From Candidatus Woesearchaeota archaeon (GTDB lineage: Archaea; Nanobdellota; Nanobdellia; Pacearchaeales; GW2011-AR1): 64,000 bases of DNA. This document shows positions 39,823-49,580 of this stretch, piece by piece (position 1 is the first letter of the stretch; each line of letters begins with the position of its first letter). Location: NCBI GenBank assembly GCA_964479755.1, contig CAYZNI010000001.1, positions 10,171 through 74,170 on the forward strand. Reading direction: 5' to 3'. The notes under the pieces are model-generated. The model was not told where the DNA came from, searched no databases, and saw nothing but the letters and a program-made list of their open reading frames with translations. Both the position numbers and the translations under genes were made by a program.

Positions 39823-40190
39823 GAGTCATTCAACAACTGCTCATTAAGATTATGAGTCTTCACGAAGAATTTGATTTTCGTAATTATGAGCTAAGGTCAA
39901 TCTGGCATTTTTACAAATGTTATAATCTTGCTATAGTGATACTTGGAAAAGAAGACCCTAACATTCATTGTAAAAACCATTTATGGAAAAGAATTGTGGA
40001 GTCTCAAATTGAAGGCGAGATTAATGTTAAAGCATACACAAGACTGAAGAATTTTATGAGAAATGATTTTGCAGTAATAAGTGAGGCAATTAAAGAAATT
40101 TCAAGAGAAAATGAAGAGCTTGGATATGATGAAGGAGATTTATGGACTCCTAATGCTCTGGCAGTTCAGTTTATGGAGGTAGAAGACTAA
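39819..40190 (+). CDS. Hypothetical protein carried by the element.
   Basis: 123-aa ORF with overlapping start and stop junctions. Confidence 0.3.
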   Translation: MRVIQQLLIKIMSLHEEFDFRNYELRSIWHFYKCYNLAIVILGKEDPNIHCKNHLWKRIVESQIEGEINVKAYTRLKNFMRNDFAVISEAIKEISRENEELGYDEGDLWTPNALAVQFMEVED

Positions 40191-40191
40191 C

Positions 40192-41793
40192 ATGGATTTA
40201 AGATACCATAACGGTTGTTTAAAAGTATTTCTTACCGATAAAACTAAAAGGATTCCTCCAGAGCAATGGGGGATTTATGCAACTACAGGATATGGAAAAT
40301 CTCTTTGTGAAGAGGGAATAGTTGAGGCTTATTTTAATGCAGGATTTATAGTTATTTACTTAGGTGATGGAATGAAGGGCGAGGAAGAAGGTTGTTACGC
40401 AATGTTTGAACCTGAAGAAAGGTATCATTTAGCCTTACTAAAAAAAGAGGGCAAGCGTCCAAGAAAAGTAGATGTTAAACTATATCATCCATTCACATTT
40501 AATATCCCAAATAACTCAATTCCGAATTATAACTTTTTTACAATACCAATTAAGAGTTTAGGTAGAAGAGATTTTTCTATGTTAGCAGAAACTCAAGCAG
40601 ACTCAGACACAATTAGAATATTATTACAAGCATCACAGAATCTTTCAAAAGAGGGAGGAGTCTATCAATTGCTCCACGACATACAAACATTAATCAAAGG
40701 AAAAAGAAAAGATGATTCAGTTTCACCATCTCAGAATAATTTCTATCTCTCTGTAAGCTCTGGAACAGCCAAGAGTATGCAAGATATTAGTAATTTATTT
40801 CAAGCATTCAAAAAAGATTATTTTTTAGTTAAAGAGAATTGTGAATTTACTCTTGATATGAAAAAGATTCTTTCAGACAATAAGAGCATTCATTTCTTCT
40901 CAACAAAATATCTAAGAGACCCGAAGATAAAAGAGTTTGTCCTTTTGGTAGTCTTGAATAAAATCTTAGAAAATAAAGATTACGCAAAACATCCAGTTTG
41001 TATAGTAATTCCTGAAATTAGAAGATTATGTCCAGACAAAGCTATCGGCTATCAAAAATTTCTTAGCGAAGCTATTAAAGAAGCCTTATCCACAATGCGT
41101 TCACAGGGTCAAGGAGGATTTGCTTCTATACTCTCTTCTCAAAGTTGGAATGACACAGAGCAAGGAGTCAGAGATTCTCACAGCATTACATTATTAGGAA
41201 AATTGAACATAAATGACATAGATAAAATAAGTAAAGTCTTAGGATATAATAGAGAAAGAAGATTAGAATTAGCAAATCCTCCCGCATCTAATTCTTGGCT
41301 TCAGATTGGTAGAGAAGGTTTAGACTGGTGGCACTATTTTGCACCAAGCTGGTGTCATGCAGAACCTGAATATAAATTTGAAGAAATGTTCAAAAAATAC
41401 TATCCTGAAAAAATGAATAAATATTCAGAAACAATAAACTCCATGAAATCAATACTTAATGATGAAGAAGCTAAGTTTAAAGAGAAAGCAAAAAGAGAAG
41501 AAGAGGAAGAAAGGAAAAGGCATGAGCAAAAGAAAAAAGAACGAGAGCAGAGAATAGGCAACAATTCAAGTCAAGATGTAAAGCAAAGGGAGAAGGAGTT
41601 CAAAGAGCAGGGAAAGATAAAGGATATGGAAAGAGCTCAAAGAATGAGGGAAGAAGGGTTAACCCTAATAGATATTGCTAATAAGCTCGGAACTTCAAAA
41701 GACACTGTTAGAAGATGGCTACTGAAGTATGAGCAGATGAAGAAAGAACAAGAGCCAGAATTATCAAACCCCTCAACAGAAGATAAGGTATGA
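40192..41793 (+). CDS. P-loop NTPase with a K/E-rich coiled coil and a C-terminal HTH; HerA/FtsK/VirB4-like DNA-translocation or transfer ATPase (inference).
   Basis: Walker A GIYATTGYGKSL. C-terminal HTH LTLIDIANKLGTSKDTVRRWL. Confidence 0.45.
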   Translation: MDLRYHNGCLKVFLTDKTKRIPPEQWGIYATTGYGKSLCEEGIVEAYFNAGFIVIYLGDGMKGEEEGCYAMFEPEERYHLALLKKEGKRPRKVDVKLYHPFTFNIPNNSIPNYNFFTIPIKSLGRRDFSMLAETQADSDTIRILLQASQNLSKEGGVYQLLHDIQTLIKGKRKDDSVSPSQNNFYLSVSSGTAKSMQDISNLFQAFKKDYFLVKENCEFTLDMKKILSDNKSIHFFSTKYLRDPKIKEFVLLVVLNKILENKDYAKHPVCIVIPEIRRLCPDKAIGYQKFLSEAIKEALSTMRSQGQGGFASILSSQSWNDTEQGVRDSHSITLLGKLNINDIDKISKVLGYNRERRLELANPPASNSWLQIGREGLDWWHYFAPSWCHAEPEYKFEEMFKKYYPEKMNKYSETINSMKSILNDEEAKFKEKAKREEEEERKRHEQKKKEREQRIGNNSSQDVKQREKEFKEQGKIKDMERAQRMREEGLTLIDIANKLGTSKDTVRRWLLKYEQMKKEQEPELSNPSTEDKV

Positions 41794-42297
41794 TAAATAA
41801 ACTCCTCACTTTTACATTCGGCAAAGCCATAGGGGGTCAAATGTTTAGAGAACTATTTTTGATAACTGTAAATATGGGGTCACTTATTTCACAGCTACTT
41901 TTCCTATTATAATAGTTTATAGTCGTCATAATCCCAAAAGAAGGAGCAGTCGTTAATCACTTTAAAATAAAAAATATTTTTCTCACTTCTCATCTACCAG
42001 TAGGTGCACCTGCAATTTTCAGATGATTAAGAATATAAGCAATGTTATTGACTTAAAATAAAAAATAAAATTCTCAATGACTTTTTATGATATGATAATT
42101 ATGTAATGCAGAGGGCTGAACTTTTTTGTGCAATTCAAACAATCTTCTTTATTTCTATTCCTTTCAAATAATTAGCAAGTTCTATTCCTGCCATTATAAC
42201 CCTATCCTCATAGTTAGTGAGAGCCTTAATCTTCTCAAAAGTTAATCCATCCCAATAATAGAATAAAGCAGACTGGAGGACATCAATAAAATATTCT

Positions 42298-43683
42298 TTA
42301 TCCATTTTTAAGAACCTCTGCTATTTTAGATTTAGTGAAGTCAATCATAACTTCGGGCATTATTTCTTTTAGGCTCTTTTTTGTTTTAATGTCTTCACTA
42401 CCTTTAGTATCTCTTTCTTTTATTGGTGTTAAAGGTATTAAAGGTTCTAAAGCTGGATAACCTTCTAAAGATACTAAACTTTTCTTGCATAATTCTTCAA
42501 ATGTTGGAATTTCTAATCGTTCATTAGGATTATATGCTTTTGACAAGGAATAAACCTCAATATCCCTATTCCAACTATCTGTATCAGTTTCTGTTTGTAA
42601 AATTCCATACTTAACTAATATTCCGAGATTTGTTTGAAGAGCAGGCAAAGAAACAAAATTCATCTTTGAAGAATGCAGTTGAGAAACTGACCCTAAAAGA
42701 TTTGGTTCTTTTTCAAATATTTCTAAAATCTTTTTTTGATTGATTGTAAGAGGAATCATATATTTATTTGAACATAACTTCAAAAAACATTCTCTCGCAA
42801 TATCATAATCCTGCCCATTTGCCAATACATAACCCTCCTTATCCCTTTTTCTCTGATATTGATGAAAACCTGCACTTGCAGAAATAAAGTCAAGGTATCT
42901 GGGATAATGCGTTCTCATAATAATATTCTTAGTAGGAAAATGGGGGTCTATAGAATCTGCAAAGGGAATCTTTACCTTAACTCTCTTCAAAAATCTCATT
43001 GAGTTAGTATATTTATTGTCATACTCTGGCACGATTCCTCTTTTCTTAAATTCAGAATGCCTTTTCATTATTGCCTTTGTCTGGTCTTCGGAGCTATCTA
43101 AATTTAAAATAACAAACCTTCGGGATAATTCAAGATTTGGCGTTGAGCTTGCAGTAGTTGTTATCATAACAGGTTTTCCATTTATTTCTATATCTATTGC
43201 TCTCTGTTTAATTGTAATTGTTGCAGAGCTTCCTTTAGAGCACATTACTTTAAAGACATCCGAGTTCAACACAGACTCAGAAATATCTTCAGGATAGAAA
43301 ACCTTACCATCCCAAGTCCAGTCGGGCTCATAAGTAGAATTGTGCCAGTAAGTAAAAACCGTAGGGCTAATTCTTGTTTTATGGACATAAACTTCTTTTG
43401 GCAAAATATCTAAAACTGCTCCCGCAACATAATCTTTTCCAATACCTGCATCATCATTTATCAAAAGATTATATGAAGCAATTTGAGCATTTTCTATAAG
43501 TCGTCCATTTGAACACAAGAAGATTACTTTCCTTGTTTCAACCTCTCCAACTATTTTTTTATCAAACTCGTTTTCAGTTATCTCCTTAAACAGATTAGGA
43601 TTAGTTAAAACTTCCATTACTTCGGCTGGAGGCTCATCAGCCTTTTTCAATATAGCATCAACATTATTCTTTTCAATTTTCAT
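42298..43683 (-). CDS. Replication protein C-terminal module: D5/SF3-like helicase with an atypical Walker A.
   Basis: NDDAGIGKDYVAGAVLDILPK resembles the D5 P-loop G.G.nGKStf..ll..lG, with S replaced by D. It is translationally coupled to the upstream prim-pol ORF. Confidence 0.4.
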   Translation of the reverse strand: MKIEKNNVDAILKKADEPPAEVMEVLTNPNLFKEITENEFDKKIVGEVETRKVIFLCSNGRLIENAQIASYNLLINDDAGIGKDYVAGAVLDILPKEVYVHKTRISPTVFTYWHNSTYEPDWTWDGKVFYPEDISESVLNSDVFKVMCSKGSSATITIKQRAIDIEINGKPVMITTTASSTPNLELSRRFVILNLDSSEDQTKAIMKRHSEFKKRGIVPEYDNKYTNSMRFLKRVKVKIPFADSIDPHFPTKNIIMRTHYPRYLDFISASAGFHQYQRKRDKEGYVLANGQDYDIARECFLKLCSNKYMIPLTINQKKILEIFEKEPNLLGSVSQLHSSKMNFVSLPALQTNLGILVKYGILQTETDTDSWNRDIEVYSLSKAYNPNERLEIPTFEELCKKSLVSLEGYPALEPLIPLTPIKERDTKGSEDIKTKKSLKEIMPEVMIDFTKSKIAEVLKNG

Positions 43684-44146
43684 ATTGAATCAACTCCTTC
43701 ACCTTTCCACTTTTCCAGTGAGGTGCAAACTCAAGAGCAATCATGTGTCTATTAGAAGCCAGTTGAGTATCTGCAAGAAAATGCTTTATCACCTTTAGTT
43801 TCTCTTCTTGTGAAAGATTCTTATTATAGAAAGTATGGACATGGTAGCCTCTTGAACCCGTGCTGAAAACATAGAAAATAATCTTTAATTCTTTAAGCTC
43901 TTTAACAGTTAAAGGTAATCTTTCTTTGTCTTCAAAATCAAGGACAATTTCAAAAGGAAGTATCTGCCTTTGATTGACCTTTGATAAAAACCATTTATTC
44001 CATCCATTTTCAGAATCAAAACAAACCTCAGAATATTTCTTTCTTTTGCTCTTCTTCCCATCTTTTTCTAAGATTTGAAGTTCAAAATCACAATTCTGCC
44101 CTCCTAAATCATAAAAGAGATAAGAAAGCCAATTCTCTTTATCCAT
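43673..44146 (-). CDS. Primase-polymerase (archaeo-eukaryotic primase fold, prim-pol) domain protein.
   Basis: Motif I LDFED, motif II STGSRGYHVH, and a motif III-like stretch DTQLASNRHMIALEFAPHWKSGK. Confidence 0.5.
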   Translation of the reverse strand: MDKENWLSYLFYDLGGQNCDFELQILEKDGKKSKRKKYSEVCFDSENGWNKWFLSKVNQRQILPFEIVLDFEDKERLPLTVKELKELKIIFYVFSTGSRGYHVHTFYNKNLSQEEKLKVIKHFLADTQLASNRHMIALEFAPHWKSGKVKELIQYEN

Positions 44147-44310
44147 TATTTAATCCTCCTAAAATCTCAATCCTTAAAATCTTCAATAGAAGGATTGCTT
44201 CAATATGTGAATTTATCTTCAGAAAAATGTGAGTGGAAGTATATCCATCTAAAACTCCTGTTTTCTTTGAGGGATATTGCCCACCATCATCATAAATAAC
44301 CTTGAGGGTT

Positions 44311-44568
44311 TTATTTATGTGTTTTTTCCATTCTTGTTCTTGTTCCATTTTTTCCATTTGATTCATTTCCAATTATTTCCAAAATTTTATTGAGTTTTAT
44401 TTCCACAGTAGGAGCTTCAAAAATTCGGGAGCGGATATATTCACTCAGGGTCTTTCCTGCTTGTTCTGCAAGAAAATCAAGTCTCTGTCTTTGAGTCTTT
44501 GTGAGCCTACAACGAACTTCCCTTAGCTCTTTCTCTTGAGGAAATTGCATTTGATTATCTTCCATCAT
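44311..44568 (-). CDS. Ribbon-helix-helix (CopG/Arc-like) DNA-binding protein.
   Basis: VRCRLTKTQRQRLDFLAEQAGKTLSEYIRSRI has the RHH beta-alpha-alpha pattern. Confidence 0.5.
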   Translation of the reverse strand: MMEDNQMQFPQEKELREVRCRLTKTQRQRLDFLAEQAGKTLSEYIRSRIFEAPTVEIKLNKILEIIGNESNGKNGTRTRMEKTHK

Positions 44569-44731
44569 TTTTCACCTCTAATCTTTTTGAGTTTGAAATG
44601 ATTTCTTTTGCCTTTTCCTGACAAGCCAGTCTAACAAAGTTGGCAATACTTCTTTGCACCTTTTCAGACGCCTCTTTAACTAAGTTAAATTCCTCTTCAT
44701 TAAAGTCGGCAGATAATTTTTTGTAGCTCAT
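44555..44731 (-). CDS. Second small RHH-like protein of 58 aa; not in the ORF track.
   Basis: MSYKKLSADFNEEEFNLVKEASEKVQRSIANFVRLACQEKAKEI. Its stop overlaps the start of the downstream RHH gene. Confidence 0.3.
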   Translation of the reverse strand: MSYKKLSADFNEEEFNLVKEASEKVQRSIANFVRLACQEKAKEIISNSKRLEVKNDGR

Positions 44732-44865
44732 TTTCTCTTATTTTAAGAGATAAGGCAAGTATTTAAATCTTTCCTTTTATCTTATTTTAAGAGAGAAGAT
44801 ACGCCTTTCAGATATTATCTCTTATTTTAAGATAAATTTAAATACTCTTTTCTCTTAAATTCTAA

Positions 44866-45432
44866 ATGGTAAGAGAAAAGGATTATAATTTTATTATGGG
44901 GAACAAAACCCGAAGAGAAATATTAAACTTGATTGAAAACAAATCTCTAAACGCAAGTCAAATAAAAGAAACTCTTAAACTAAGTAGTTACGGTCTTCTA
45001 TACCAGCATCTAAAAGTCTTGGAAGAAGTAGGAATTATAACAAGGCAACAAATAAAAGATGAGGCAGGAAAGAAAAAACAAGGGAGAGAGACAAAAATAT
45101 CAATCAACACCAAAGGACTAAATAGATTCATGAAAACTCAGGGAATCCTGCCTGATGTAGAAATAGATGAAAAAATCTTGAGGGATATTCTAAAATTTTT
45201 ATCTACGAAAGAAGAACCTGTCTCCTTTTATGAGATTGTAGATAGTATCCATCCTCAAAATAAGAAAACAAAATATGAAGATTTTATAGGAGAAGTCCAA
45301 GCCCTAATTATGGATTTTCCAGAACTTTTTATGTATAAGATAAGCAAAGAAGGAATAGAAAATTTGAATAAAAATTCAAAATTAAAACATAAAAACCCAC
45401 AAAAAACAACCCAAAGTATCAAAACATCATAA
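44866..45432 (+). CDS. Winged-helix (ArsR-like) transcriptional regulator.
   Basis: NKTRREILNLIENKSLNASQIKETLKLSSYGLLYQHLKVLEEVGII. Confidence 0.45.
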   Translation: MVREKDYNFIMGNKTRREILNLIENKSLNASQIKETLKLSSYGLLYQHLKVLEEVGIITRQQIKDEAGKKKQGRETKISINTKGLNRFMKTQGILPDVEIDEKILRDILKFLSTKEEPVSFYEIVDSIHPQNKKTKYEDFIGEVQALIMDFPELFMYKISKEGIENLNKNSKLKHKNPQKTTQSIKTS

Positions 45433-45647
45433 AAAACATGTAAAATAGTTCGGGAATGCAAATAAAATTAAGAGCTTTCCGACGGGGGATGTGGATTATT
45501 GGAATAAAAAGGAAAATAACCTATTGGGCAACCAAAATTAGCAATGAAAAATCAAAAAATCAGCAAAGTTTATATAGAAGCACCACTTCATAGTTTTAGA
45601 AAAATAGAGTTAGTTTATCGTCGGAAAAACTGACATCGGAGCATACG

Positions 45648-46862
45648 ATGATTATTGAATTAATCATTGCTTTATTGCTCGGGGTCACCATAGGGTGTTT
45701 TAGCGGCGTTTTTCCAGGAATACATATTAACCTTGTTGCGGCTGGGCTTTTAGCTTTGATAGGCAGGGGATATTTAGAGGGAATTGCGCCGATAGTGCTT
45801 GTGGCCTTTATTGTGGCGATGGCGATAACGCACACATTTATTGATTTTATTCCTTCGATATTTCTGGGTGCGCCTGAAGAAGATTCTTTTCTTGCTGTTT
45901 TGCCAGGACATGAACTTTTGAAAAAAGGCAAGGGTTTTGAGGCAGTTGTGGCGACGCTTTATGGCTGCGTTGCGGCGCTGCCATTTGTGCTATTATTTAG
46001 TTTTGTTTTTGTGATTTTTTTGCCAGTTGCTTATGAGTACTCGAGGATGGTTTTGCCGTTTATTTTGATATTTGTCTCACTTTTTCTAATATTCAGGGAG
46101 GAAAGATTTCATGTTGCGTTGCTTGTGTTTATTTCTGCCGGAGTTTTGGGTCTATTGACATTTAATTTACCTGTAAAAGAGCCGCTGATGCCTCTATTGA
46201 CTGGCTTGTTTGGAATTTCATCATTGTTAGTGAGCATGAAAGACAAAGTTAAAATTCCAGAACAAAGAGTCATAAGTTTTTGGAAAATTAGGCCCGACAG
46301 AGGGTTTTTGAAAAGTTTCTTGGCAGGAGGGCTTGTTGCACCGTTCTTTTCATTTCTTCCGGCGATTGGAAGCGGACAGGCGGCGGTTGTGGTGAGCGAG
46401 ATTTCAGGGAAGAGCGAGAAAAATGAGAAGAGCTTTTTGTTTTTGGTTGGAATGATAAATGTAATGGTGATGTCGCTGTCGTTTGTCACTCTGTTTTCGA
46501 TTTCAAAAGGCAGGACCGGAGTTGCTGTTGCTGTAGGCAAGATATTGAAGGAGTTTACTTTGAGCGATTTGGTATTGGTTTTATTATTTGTTTTTTTATC
46601 CGCAGTTAGCGCATTTTTTGCCGGAATAATGATGGGGAAGTTTTTTGCAAATAAAATTTCTAAGCTGGATTATAGGAAAGTTTCTGTTGTCGTAATCGGG
46701 GTCTTATTTGTTGTTAACCTGATATTGAGCAATTTTGTCGGGCTAATTCTGCTTTTGACAGCTTCTGCATTGGGCGTGTTTTGCATTCTTTCGGGGGCGA
46801 GAAGGATTAATTTAATGGGGTGTTTGTTGATTCCGACGATTGTTTATTATTTGAGCGCGTGA
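45648..46862 (+). CDS. Polytopic membrane protein, DUF112/TctA-like.
   Basis: 404-aa ORF with about 10 TM helices. The N-terminus MIIELIIALLLGVTIGCFSGVFPGIH resembles TctA-family N-termini. The element-border fragment mimics its first 20 codons. Confidence 0.4.
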   Translation: MIIELIIALLLGVTIGCFSGVFPGIHINLVAAGLLALIGRGYLEGIAPIVLVAFIVAMAITHTFIDFIPSIFLGAPEEDSFLAVLPGHELLKKGKGFEAVVATLYGCVAALPFVLLFSFVFVIFLPVAYEYSRMVLPFILIFVSLFLIFREERFHVALLVFISAGVLGLLTFNLPVKEPLMPLLTGLFGISSLLVSMKDKVKIPEQRVISFWKIRPDRGFLKSFLAGGLVAPFFSFLPAIGSGQAAVVVSEISGKSEKNEKSFLFLVGMINVMVMSLSFVTLFSISKGRTGVAVAVGKILKEFTLSDLVLVLLFVFLSAVSAFFAGIMMGKFFANKISKLDYRKVSVVVIGVLFVVNLILSNFVGLILLLTASALGVFCILSGARRINLMGCLLIPTIVYYLSA

Positions 46863-46984
46863 AAAATCCTTAGTTATTTCATACTTGTTGGCATCTTGAA
46901 TTTAATACATATTATTTACAAAAAAAGGTCTAAAAATATTATCAAAAAGATTTTTATAGCCTTCTAAGTTTGCTAATCAAGAGA

Positions 46985-47056
46985 GGCCTCATAGTCTAGT
47001 GGTTAAGACGTACCCTTGACGTGGGTGAGTCCCCAGTTCAATTCTGGGTGGGGCCA
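46985..47056 (+). tRNA. tRNA-Val (anticodon GAC).
   Basis: Cloverleaf folded by hand. Acceptor stem GGCCUCA/UGGGGCC; D arm GUCU/AGAC; anticodon stem UACCC/GGGUG with loop UUGACGU; T arm CCCAG/CUGGG with loop UUCAAUU; discriminator A. No encoded CCA. Confidence 0.8.
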
Positions 47057-47523
47057 TTTGGATTATTTGTGCATGTTTAAACTTTCCTCCAAAATTCTTT
47101 GATATTCACTTTTGGAAATTTCCTTAATTTTTTTTAAACTCCCTGATTAAGGCCTTTTTTTCAAATAAGACAGTTCTGCTTTAACTTAGTGTTATGTTGT
47201 TGAAAAATGCAGCCAGGCTGCGCGCCTTTTCTTCAGCAGAATCAAGGAAAAAATTTATTCTATCAACACGAAAAACTTGAATGTATAAGCAAGACCTTTC
47301 TTTTTTACATGAATACAGCTTAAAAGATAGATAATCAATCCATGATAAACAAGTCAAATCTCCAATGTTAAAAATAAGCAATATGGATAAATAAGTTTCA
47401 AGAAGGCCTTGCTATAATTTTATTATTCATCTATAAGAAATCAGAGATAAGAAGATTCAATTTAAAATTGGAAAAAGAGAGATTCAGCTAACTAACTTAG
47501 TAAGTAAGTAATTTAATAAGCAA

Positions 47524-47535
47524 GGTTTATATATT
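47524..47535 (+). promoter_or_regulatory. TATA-like box (tttatatatt) about 20 nt upstream of the ATG at 47552.
   Basis: An A/T-rich hexamer-plus at the archaeal promoter distance for a leaderless transcript. This is weak positional evidence only. Confidence 0.25.
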
Positions 47536-47551
47536 AAAATTTTCTTTAATG

Positions 47552-47689
47552 ATGGTGAAAAAATACCTGCTTCTGATTGAGAATGAGAAACTTTGGGAGA
47601 AATTCAAAGAGAGCCTGAAGAAAGACATTAACAGCGAGATTATGGAGCTTATTGAGAAAAAAGTCGGAAAGGAGAAGAAAAATGAGTGA
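47552..47689 (+). CDS. Possible 45-aa leader ORF of the giant-protein operon.
   Basis: MVKKYLLLIENEKLWEKFKESLKKDINSEIMELIEKKVGKEKKNE. It overlaps the start of the next gene and is preceded by the TATA-like box. Confidence 0.2.
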   Translation: MVKKYLLLIENEKLWEKFKESLKKDINSEIMELIEKKVGKEKKNE

Positions 47690-49580
47690 AAATTTCAGAA
47701 ATGTTAACCGAATCGCGCCCAAAAAAAGAGGGCAAGCCGCAATATTTGTTATTGTCGCGATTGTAATAGTGGGCGCGATTCTGGTTTATTTATTTGCATT
47801 GAGGCAGCCTAAAACTGAAGAGATTTCTCCAGAGATTCAGCAGGTGTTTGCTTATTATGATAACTGCATCAAGGAACAAACTAAGGCAGCAATTAGTTTA
47901 GCTGGAATGCAAGGTGGCTGGGTTAATCCAGGAACTTATATTCCTGGAAGTGAATATGCACCTTTCTCTTCACAATTAAACTTTCTAGGAACACCTGTAA
48001 AGTATTGGTATTATGTTGCAGGAAATGGTTTAATAAAGGAGCAGGTGCCGAGCAAAACAGATATTCAAAATGGAATTTCTGATTTTGTGGAAGAAAACAT
48101 GGCTGCGTGCGACTTTAGAGAATTTATTGCATTGGGGTATAACATTAGTTATGTTGAGCCAGAAGTAAATATCATGATTGATGATACTCAGGTGAGCGTT
48201 GATGTCAATTCCCCTCTCACAGTAGGAAAAAATGGAGTTTTTGCAAGTAAGAATACGCATAGCGTAACTGTGGAGAGCAAAATTGGGAAATTTTACACTA
48301 TTGCGAAAAATATATACGCAAAGCAAAAGCAAGACGCTTTCTTTGAAAAATATGCGTTGGATGTATTGTATCTTTACGCACCTGTTGATGGAGTGGAAAT
48401 ACAGTGCGGGCCAAAAATATGGAGCACCCAAAGAATTATTAGCGAGGTAAGGGAGGCTCTGGAGAATAATTTTGCAATGATAAAATTCTCAGGTAATTAT
48501 TACACTTTAAAGAATAAAGATTCAAAATATTTTGTTGTCGATCAGACAAGCGATGAGGCTGTAAATGTAATGTATTCCAGAAATTGGCCGACAAAAATGG
48601 AGGTTTATGGCGAGGGGGTGGATGAGTCAACGATGATTGCGGAACCCGTTGGAACGCAGGAAGGGCTTGGTGTAATGGGGTTCTGCTATGTGCCGTATCA
48701 TTTTGTGTATGATTTGAGTTTTCCTGCGATGGTGCAAATTTATGATACGAACGAGGTTTTTCAGTTTCCAGTGGTTGTTGCGATTGACAAGACTGTTCCA
48801 AGAAAGGCGCAAGTAACCAACACATTTGATGAGGGAAATGAAACTGGAAACCTGTGCGCTTACAAACAACAGGAAATACAAGTTGATATTTATGATGTCA
48901 ATTTACAAAAGGTAGATGCGAATTTGAGCTATGAATGCTTTAATCAAAGATGTTTGCTTGGACAGAGCAGGAGCGGAACGTACAGGGGATTTGCACCTGT
49001 TTGCGTAAATGGGTATTTAATTGCTAGTGCCGGAGGATATGCGGAAAAGAAGCAGCTGATGTCTACAAACAAAGAGGTTAATGCAGATGTCTTGCTTGAA
49101 AGGGAGTACGAAGTTCAAGTTGAAATGGAAATTTCTGGCAGAGCGCTTAGAGGAAGCGCGATTGTTACATTCACAAGAGAGGATGGAAAGACCAGGGCTG
49201 TAAGCTTGCCTGGAGAGGACAAGGTTAAACTGTCAGAAGGAAGTTATGAAGTAAAGGCATATGCGTTTGGCAATTCTTCTGTAGTTATTCCGGCTTCGAC
49301 GAAGCTTGAATGCGTGGATGTGCCAAAATCGGGGCTATTAGGATTATTCGGAGGAACGGAAGAGAAATGTTTCGACATAACGACCCCTGAAAGCAAGATT
49401 GACAGCGCACTAATTGGAGGAGGGAGCTTGAATACTTATATTCTTGAGAGCCAGCTTCAGAGAAAAAAACTAACGATAAAAACCCAAGAGCTGCCGATGC
49501 CGAACTCGATTGAGCAGCTGCAGAAAAATTTTGAGAGTTTCGAAACAAGGAGGTTGGAATTAGCGTTCAATGAGAGATAA
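47682..49580 (+). CDS. Large surface protein with a type IV pilin-like (class III) signal peptide.
   Basis: Taking the ATG at 47682, the N-terminus is MSENFRNVNRIAPKKRGQAAIFVIVAIVIVGAILVYLF: a charged segment, then RG-Q, then a hydrophobic stretch. The ORF track shows a TTG-initiated version from 47652. Confidence 0.5.
   Translation: MSENFRNVNRIAPKKRGQAAIFVIVAIVIVGAILVYLFALRQPKTEEISPEIQQVFAYYDNCIKEQTKAAISLAGMQGGWVNPGTYIPGSEYAPFSSQLNFLGTPVKYWYYVAGNGLIKEQVPSKTDIQNGISDFVEENMAACDFREFIALGYNISYVEPEVNIMIDDTQVSVDVNSPLTVGKNGVFASKNTHSVTVESKIGKFYTIAKNIYAKQKQDAFFEKYALDVLYLYAPVDGVEIQCGPKIWSTQRIISEVREALENNFAMIKFSGNYYTLKNKDSKYFVVDQTSDEAVNVMYSRNWPTKMEVYGEGVDESTMIAEPVGTQEGLGVMGFCYVPYHFVYDLSFPAMVQIYDTNEVFQFPVVVAIDKTVPRKAQVTNTFDEGNETGNLCAYKQQEIQVDIYDVNLQKVDANLSYECFNQRCLLGQSRSGTYRGFAPVCVNGYLIASAGGYAEKKQLMSTNKEVNADVLLEREYEVQVEMEISGRALRGSAIVTFTREDGKTRAVSLPGEDKVKLSEGSYEVKAYAFGNSSVVIPASTKLECVDVPKSGLLGLFGGTEEKCFDITTPESKIDSALIGGGSLNTYILESQLQRKKLTIKTQELPMPNSIEQLQKNFESFETRRLELAFNER

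Larger units (their letters stand above)
31227..45650. mobile_element. Integrated plasmid- or provirus-like element of about 14.4 kb; boundaries approximate.
   Basis: A tyrosine integrase sits at the left end next to the displaced gene-fragment. Internal genes are a serine recombinase, a primase-polymerase with a D5-like helicase, a P-loop ATPase with an HTH, and RHH/wHTH regulators. Codon usage is A/K/E-rich. The intact target-like gene lies at the right edge. Confidence 0.55.

Noticed and set aside
46985-47056. tRNA-Val as the attachment site of the 31-46 kb element.
   Set aside because: The tRNA 3' end points away from the element, and no copy of the tRNA 3' segment was found at 31.0-31.4 kb. 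The duplicated N-terminus of the 45648 gene is a better border candidate.
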